A stretch of 41,822 nt of DNA. Source: a virus. The notes beneath the pieces were generated by a model that was not told the origin of the DNA, made no database searches, and was given only the letters and a program-made list of their open reading frames with translations. The DNA is taken from the UHGV virus genome UHGV-0104471, one strand, 5' to 3'. Made by a program: the position numbers and the translations under genes. Below are positions 37,875-41,822 of this stretch, one piece after another (the stretch's first letter is position 1; every line of letters starts with the position of its first letter).

Positions 37875-38138
37875 ATGGCAACTTTGACAAAAAAAGAACA
37901 AGCATGGTTGAGCGAATTACAGGACGTTCTTGATCGCTGCCCATCACCGAAAAAAATTGGTTTTTACACCATTGGCGATAAAAGCATTTACCTGTATGAC
38001 CTGCGCCGCATGGATGAAATCATGGAGGCTCTTGATAATCGTTCGTCAATGGATTGGTGTGTTGCTGTTCATGATATGAATGCCGGATTTGATGAAAAGA
38101 TTTTATTCCCCTCATCAGTTGAAAGTACAGCAGGATAA
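37875..38138 (+). CDS. hypothetical protein, 87 aa
   Basis: Track ORF started at ATG 37875 with SD AAAGGAGAG, overlapping the ea22 stop. Confidence 0.45.
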   Translation: MATLTKKEQAWLSELQDVLDRCPSPKKIGFYTIGDKSIYLYDLRRMDEIMEALDNRSSMDWCVAVHDMNAGFDEKILFPSSVESTAG

Positions 38139-38148
38139 GGACTAACAC

Positions 38149-39033
38149 ATGACCACTATTACCAAAGAGCGACTGCTGACAATCAGGCAGTGGCGCGAAA
38201 CATACGGACCTGGTAGCAACGTTGTACTGCCAGCAGAAGAAGCGGAAGAACTGGCACGAATTGCTCTGGCATCGCTGGAGCAGAATGTACTATCGGGCAA
38301 CTCTCCGCTTATTCCTGGTGAAGTGTTGTCCGCAATCCGGGAGGTTGCCAGGATTCGTGCCGATTTCGATGATTTTGACGGTGACAGGCGAGGTATCGGT
38401 GATTGTCTGGATGAGGCTGAGCAAGAGCTTATCGTTACCATTAACAAATATGCCAGTCAGTTGGCAGCAGAACCGATAGCGACTAATGACGTTCGAGAGC
38501 AAACAGCCGTTCCGCCAATACAGGCTGATGTCGCGCAAGCAATTGAAAATCTCAAGCAGAAGTTAGTGGAATGCAATCGCTATAACTACTGCGCAGATGC
38601 AGTGAAGAACGTAGAGGATGCCTGCCGTGCTGTTAGCTATAGCCAAGCCGACAATCAGCCAGCATCTGGCAACCAGGCTGCCGAATCCAATCGCGGTAAT
38701 GAGTGGACTGGCAATCCTGATATTGATAACGCCATCATCATGCTCGACCGCATAGATACGCTGGAAAATTGCGATGATGACCGTATTGAGGCTGTTAAGG
38801 CTGTTTTGCGTAGACTGGCTGGCAACTCTCCGGTAACTCCGGATAGTTGGATAAGCTGTAGTGAGCGAATGCCCGCTCAAGATGATTGGATTTTAATTTA
38901 TTCAAAGCACGGCGAGTATATGGCAGGACAGGTACAAGGGGAATACGTGGAGTTGAGCGACGGCACTTTATCGTGGTTAGGGAACGCCTTGTACTGGATG
39001 CCGCTACCAGAACCGCCGCAGGAGGCGAAATGA
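38149..39033 (+). CDS. DUF551-domain phage protein, 294 aa
   Basis: C-terminus WISCSERMP...ALYWMPLPEPPQE is the DUF551 hallmark. Confidence 0.6.
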   Translation: MTTITKERLLTIRQWRETYGPGSNVVLPAEEAEELARIALASLEQNVLSGNSPLIPGEVLSAIREVARIRADFDDFDGDRRGIGDCLDEAEQELIVTINKYASQLAAEPIATNDVREQTAVPPIQADVAQAIENLKQKLVECNRYNYCADAVKNVEDACRAVSYSQADNQPASGNQAAESNRGNEWTGNPDIDNAIIMLDRIDTLENCDDDRIEAVKAVLRRLAGNSPVTPDSWISCSERMPAQDDWILIYSKHGEYMAGQVQGEYVELSDGTLSWLGNALYWMPLPEPPQEAK

Positions 39034-39290
39034 TGGATGTAAAAGAGAAGGTTTTGCAGGTGATGCGTTCCCGGGCTGCCCTGCAAGATAAAGCTCTCGG
39101 CGGGGAATATCCATTCAGGATGGCAACCTGGAATCTGTGGTTGGCAATGGAGAAGGAATTTCCTGATGAAGAATGGCGTTCGGCAGATTTGCGCAAAATT
39201 CTTATGGAGATTGCTAAAGACGGAACAGTATCTAAAGATAAACATGCCAGCCGGATTGGTCAGGCAGTATGGAGACTGGAGGAGCGGTAA
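39030..39290 (+). CDS. hypothetical protein, 86 aa
   Basis: Track ORF restarted at ATG 39030 (SD GGAGG; overlaps the upstream stop). Confidence 0.45.
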   Translation: MMDVKEKVLQVMRSRAALQDKALGGEYPFRMATWNLWLAMEKEFPDEEWRSADLRKILMEIAKDGTVSKDKHASRIGQAVWRLEER

Positions 39291-39574
39291 TGGCTAACCT
39301 GCAACTTGCCGTCAAAGGTGAATACTTCGATGCCATGATTCGCGGAGAGAAAACGGAAGAGTATCGCCTGTGTAATGACTACTGGAATAAGCGAATTATG
39401 TTCCGGGAGTATGACCGCCTGATTATCACAAAGGGATATCCGAAGCGCGACGATTCCAGCCGTAGAATTGATGTTCCGTATGACGGATATGAAATCAAGA
39501 CAATCACACATCCGCACTTCGGCGATAAACCGGTAAAGGTGTTCGCGATAAAGGTGAATATCGGCAATGAATAA
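39290..39574 (+). CDS. hypothetical protein, 94 aa
   Basis: Track ORF restarted at ATG 39290, overlapping the upstream stop. Confidence 0.45.
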   Translation: MANLQLAVKGEYFDAMIRGEKTEEYRLCNDYWNKRIMFREYDRLIITKGYPKRDDSSRRIDVPYDGYEIKTITHPHFGDKPVKVFAIKVNIGNE

Positions 39575-39646
39575 CAATCCTCGCACTCGCGGGGATTTCT
39601 TTTATCTGAACTCGCTACGGCGGGTTTTGTTTTATGGAGATGATAA

Positions 39647-39814
39647 ATGCACTTCCGGGTCACAGGTGAATGGAATGGAGAGCCATTCGACAGGGTTATC
39701 GAAGCAGAGGACATCAACGACTGCTATAACCACTGGATGATATGGGCGCAGATAGCACATGCAGACGTAACCAATATTCGAATTGAAGAACTGAAAGAAC
39801 ACCAAACCGCCTGA
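39647..39814 (+). CDS. small hypothetical protein, 55 aa (below ORF-track size cutoff)
   Basis: Hand translation MHFRVTGEWNGEPFDRVIEAEDINDCYNHWMIWAQIAHADVTNIRIEELKEHQTA; SD GGAGA; stop lies in the terminator loop. Confidence 0.4.
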   Translation: MHFRVTGEWNGEPFDRVIEAEDINDCYNHWMIWAQIAHADVTNIRIEELKEHQTA

Positions 39815-39830
39815 TGGCGGTTTTTTCTTG
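39803..39830 (+). terminator. Rho-independent terminator upstream of xis
   Basis: AACCGCC-tgat-GGCGGTT followed by TTTTCTT. Confidence 0.55.
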
Positions 39831-39853
39831 CGTGTAATTGCGGAGACTTTGCG

Positions 39854-40072
39854 ATGTACTTGACACTTCAGGAGTGGAACGCTCGCCAGCGACGCCCAAG
39901 AAGCCTTGAAACAGTTCGTCGATGGGTACGCGAGTGCAGGATATTCCCTCCTCCGGTTAAGGATGGAAGAGAGTATCTGTTCCACGAATCAGCGGTAAAG
40001 GTTGACTTAAATCGACCAGTAACAGGTAGCCTTTTGAAGAGGATCAGAAATGGGAAGAAGGCGAAGTCATGA
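39854..40072 (+). CDS. xis: excisionase Xis (lambda-type)
   Basis: MYLTLQEWNARQRRPRSLETVRRWVRECRIFPPPVKDGREYLFHESAVKVDLNRP... matches recalled lambda Xis. Confidence 0.9.
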   Translation: MYLTLQEWNARQRRPRSLETVRRWVRECRIFPPPVKDGREYLFHESAVKVDLNRPVTGSLLKRIRNGKKAKS

Positions 40073-41123
40073 GCGCCGGGATTTACCCCCTAATCTTTAT
40101 ATAAGAAACAATGGATATTACTGCTACAGGGACCCAAGGACGGGTAAAGAGTTCGGATTAGGCCGAGACAGACGCATAGCAATCACTGAAGCTATACAGG
40201 CCAATATTGAGTTGCTATCAGACAACGGGCGCGAATCACTGATAGACAGAATCAAAGGCGCTGACGTAATCACTCTTCATACGTGGCTTGACCGATATGA
40301 AACAATCCTCAGCGAGAGGGGTATCAGACCGAAAACTCTACTCGACTACGCCAGCAAAATCAGGGCAATCCGAAGAAAATTGCCGGACAAACCGCTCACT
40401 GACATATCAACGAAAGAAGTGGCAGCAATGCTAAACACCTACGTAGCAGAAGGTAAAGCAGCTTCCGCAAAATTAATCAGGTCAACCCTTGTTGACGTTT
40501 TTCGTGAAGCAATAGCCGAGGGGCATGTGGCAACGAATCCGGTAACAGCAACCCGTACAGCAAAGTCAGAAGTAAGGCGCTCAAGGCTGACAGCTAATGA
40601 GTATGTCGAGATTTACCATGCAGCCGAACCTCTCCCTATCTGGCTAAGGCTGGCGATGGATTTGGCCGTCGTTACAGGGCAGAGAGTCGGCGATTTGTGC
40701 AGAATGAAATGGTCAGACATAAACGACAACCATCTTCACATTGAACAGAGTAAAACAGGGGCTAAACTCGCCATTCCGCTAACGCTAACGATTGACGCGC
40801 TCAATATCTCATTGGCTGATACACTACAGAAATGCAGGGAGGCCAGCAGCAGTGAAACTATAATCGCATCAAAGCATCACGATCCGCTTTCCCCGAAAAC
40901 AGTATCAAAGTATTTTACAAAGGCGAGAAATGCATCTGGACTCTCATTTGATGGAAACCCGCCAACATTCCATGAACTGCGTAGCCTGTCAGCGAGGCTA
41001 TACCGGAACCAGATTGGCGATAAGTTTGCTCAACGTCTTCTCGGGCATAAATCAGATTCAATGGCGGCGCGGTATAGGGACAGCCGTGGACGGGAATGGG
41101 ACAAAATTGAAATCGACAAATGA
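40050..41123 (+). CDS. int: tyrosine integrase (lambda Int family; N-terminal arm-binding domain lambda-identical, core and catalytic domains divergent)
   Basis: First ~55 aa match recalled lambda Int; catalytic motifs present (R...HELRS...LLGH...Y); overlaps xis as in lambda. Confidence 0.9.
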   Translation: MGRRRSHERRDLPPNLYIRNNGYYCYRDPRTGKEFGLGRDRRIAITEAIQANIELLSDNGRESLIDRIKGADVITLHTWLDRYETILSERGIRPKTLLDYASKIRAIRRKLPDKPLTDISTKEVAAMLNTYVAEGKAASAKLIRSTLVDVFREAIAEGHVATNPVTATRTAKSEVRRSRLTANEYVEIYHAAEPLPIWLRLAMDLAVVTGQRVGDLCRMKWSDINDNHLHIEQSKTGAKLAIPLTLTIDALNISLADTLQKCREASSSETIIASKHHDPLSPKTVSKYFTKARNASGLSFDGNPPTFHELRSLSARLYRNQIGDKFAQRLLGHKSDSMAARYRDSRGREWDKIEIDK

Positions 41124-41125
41124 TT

Positions 41126-41217
41126 TTATTTTGACTAATAATGACCTATTCACATTAATTCATTGATAATAAAAGAGATTTTAAATATACAACTTATTCA
41201 CCTAAAGTGCACCGACC
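41126..41217. other. prophage-host junction region (att core expected here), AT-rich
   Basis: 92-bp AT-rich spacer between the int stop and the host torS start; exact core cannot be placed without the other prophage end. Confidence 0.35.
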
Positions 41218-41822
41218 GTGAATTTAACCCTGACCCGAAGACTCTGGATGGGCTTTGCCCTGATGGCGCTGTTAACCCTGACCAGTACCCTGGTGGGATG
41301 GTACAACCTGCGCTTTATCAGCCAGGTGGAAAAAGACAACACTCAGGCATTGATTCCTACCATGAATATGGCGCGCCAGTTGAGCGAAGCCAGCGCCTGG
41401 GAACTTTTCGCCGCGCAGAACCTGACCAGTGCCGATAACGAAAAGATGTGGCAGGCGCAGGGGCGAATGCTCACCGCACAAAGCCTGAAGATTAATGCGT
41501 TGCTGCAAGCGTTACGGGAACAAGGTTTTGATACCACCGCTATTGAACAACAGGAGCAGGAGATCTCCCGTTCGTTACGTCAGCAAGGGGAACTGGTGGG
41601 GCAGCGTTTGCAACTGCGCCAGCAACAACAGCAACTCAGTCAGCAGATAGTCGCTGCCGCCGATGAGATCGCACGCCTGGCGCAAGGTCAGGCGAATAAT
41701 GCGACAACTTCCGCTGGAGCGACCCAGGCCGGGATTTACGATTTGATCGAACAAGATCAGCGTCAGGCTGCTGAAAGTGCACTCGATCGGCTGATTGATA
41801 TCGATCTTGAGTATGTTAACCA
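41218..41822 (+). CDS. torS: host sensor kinase TorS, 5' part (runs off the window end)
   Basis: Translation from GTG 41218: [47 protein letters not shown]... matches recalled E. coli TorS N-terminus; missing from the ORF track because it has no stop in the window. Confidence 0.8.
   Translation, partial: MNLTLTRRLWMGFALMALLTLTSTLVGWYNLRFISQVEKDNTQALIPTMNMARQLSEASAWELFAAQNLTSADNEKMWQAQGRMLTAQSLKINALLQALREQGFDTTAIEQQEQEISRSLRQQGELVGQRLQLRQQQQQLSQQIVAAADEIARLAQGQANNATTSAGATQAGIYDLIEQDQRQAAESALDRLIDIDLEYVN

Overview
This window is the int-proximal ~41 kb of an integrated lambdoid prophage; its last gene (tyrosine integrase) abuts the 5' end of host torS (41218 to window end). From 15 to 28.5 kb everything is on the - strand: contractile-tail baseplate and tail genes, head genes, terminase, a phage-21-type lysis cassette (pinholin, SAR endolysin, Rz/Rz1), two tRNA-like genes, Q, a nin region and a P22-type replication module (O-like initiator with internal iterons, DnaB-like helicase). 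From 29.4 kb on the + strand: a lambda-type immunity region (cro, OR, cI, OL/pL, nutL, N; divergent cII-like), early-left genes (cIII, kil, Sak4-like ATPase, SSB-like, Ea22-like paralogs, DUF551), xis and int. Protein identifications rest on recognisable motifs and on recalled sequences of lambda, phi21 and DLP12 proteins; no database search or computation was run. Coordinates were read by hand from the text, and several ORF-track starts were moved to internal ATG codons with a Shine-Dalgarno or ATGA coupling. Main candidates for something new: (1) the rexA-rexB slot downstream of cI holds an unrelated two-gene operon, a small protein with a GS...DxD nucleotidyltransferase signature plus a 310-aa protein of unknown function, sitting where lysogen-expressed exclusion genes sit; (2) a P22 immI-like mnt/arc/ant module with its own operator palindrome and terminators is inserted inside the baseplate operon, next to a small secreted-protein gene; (3) an unrecognised 156-aa gene immediately downstream of N.
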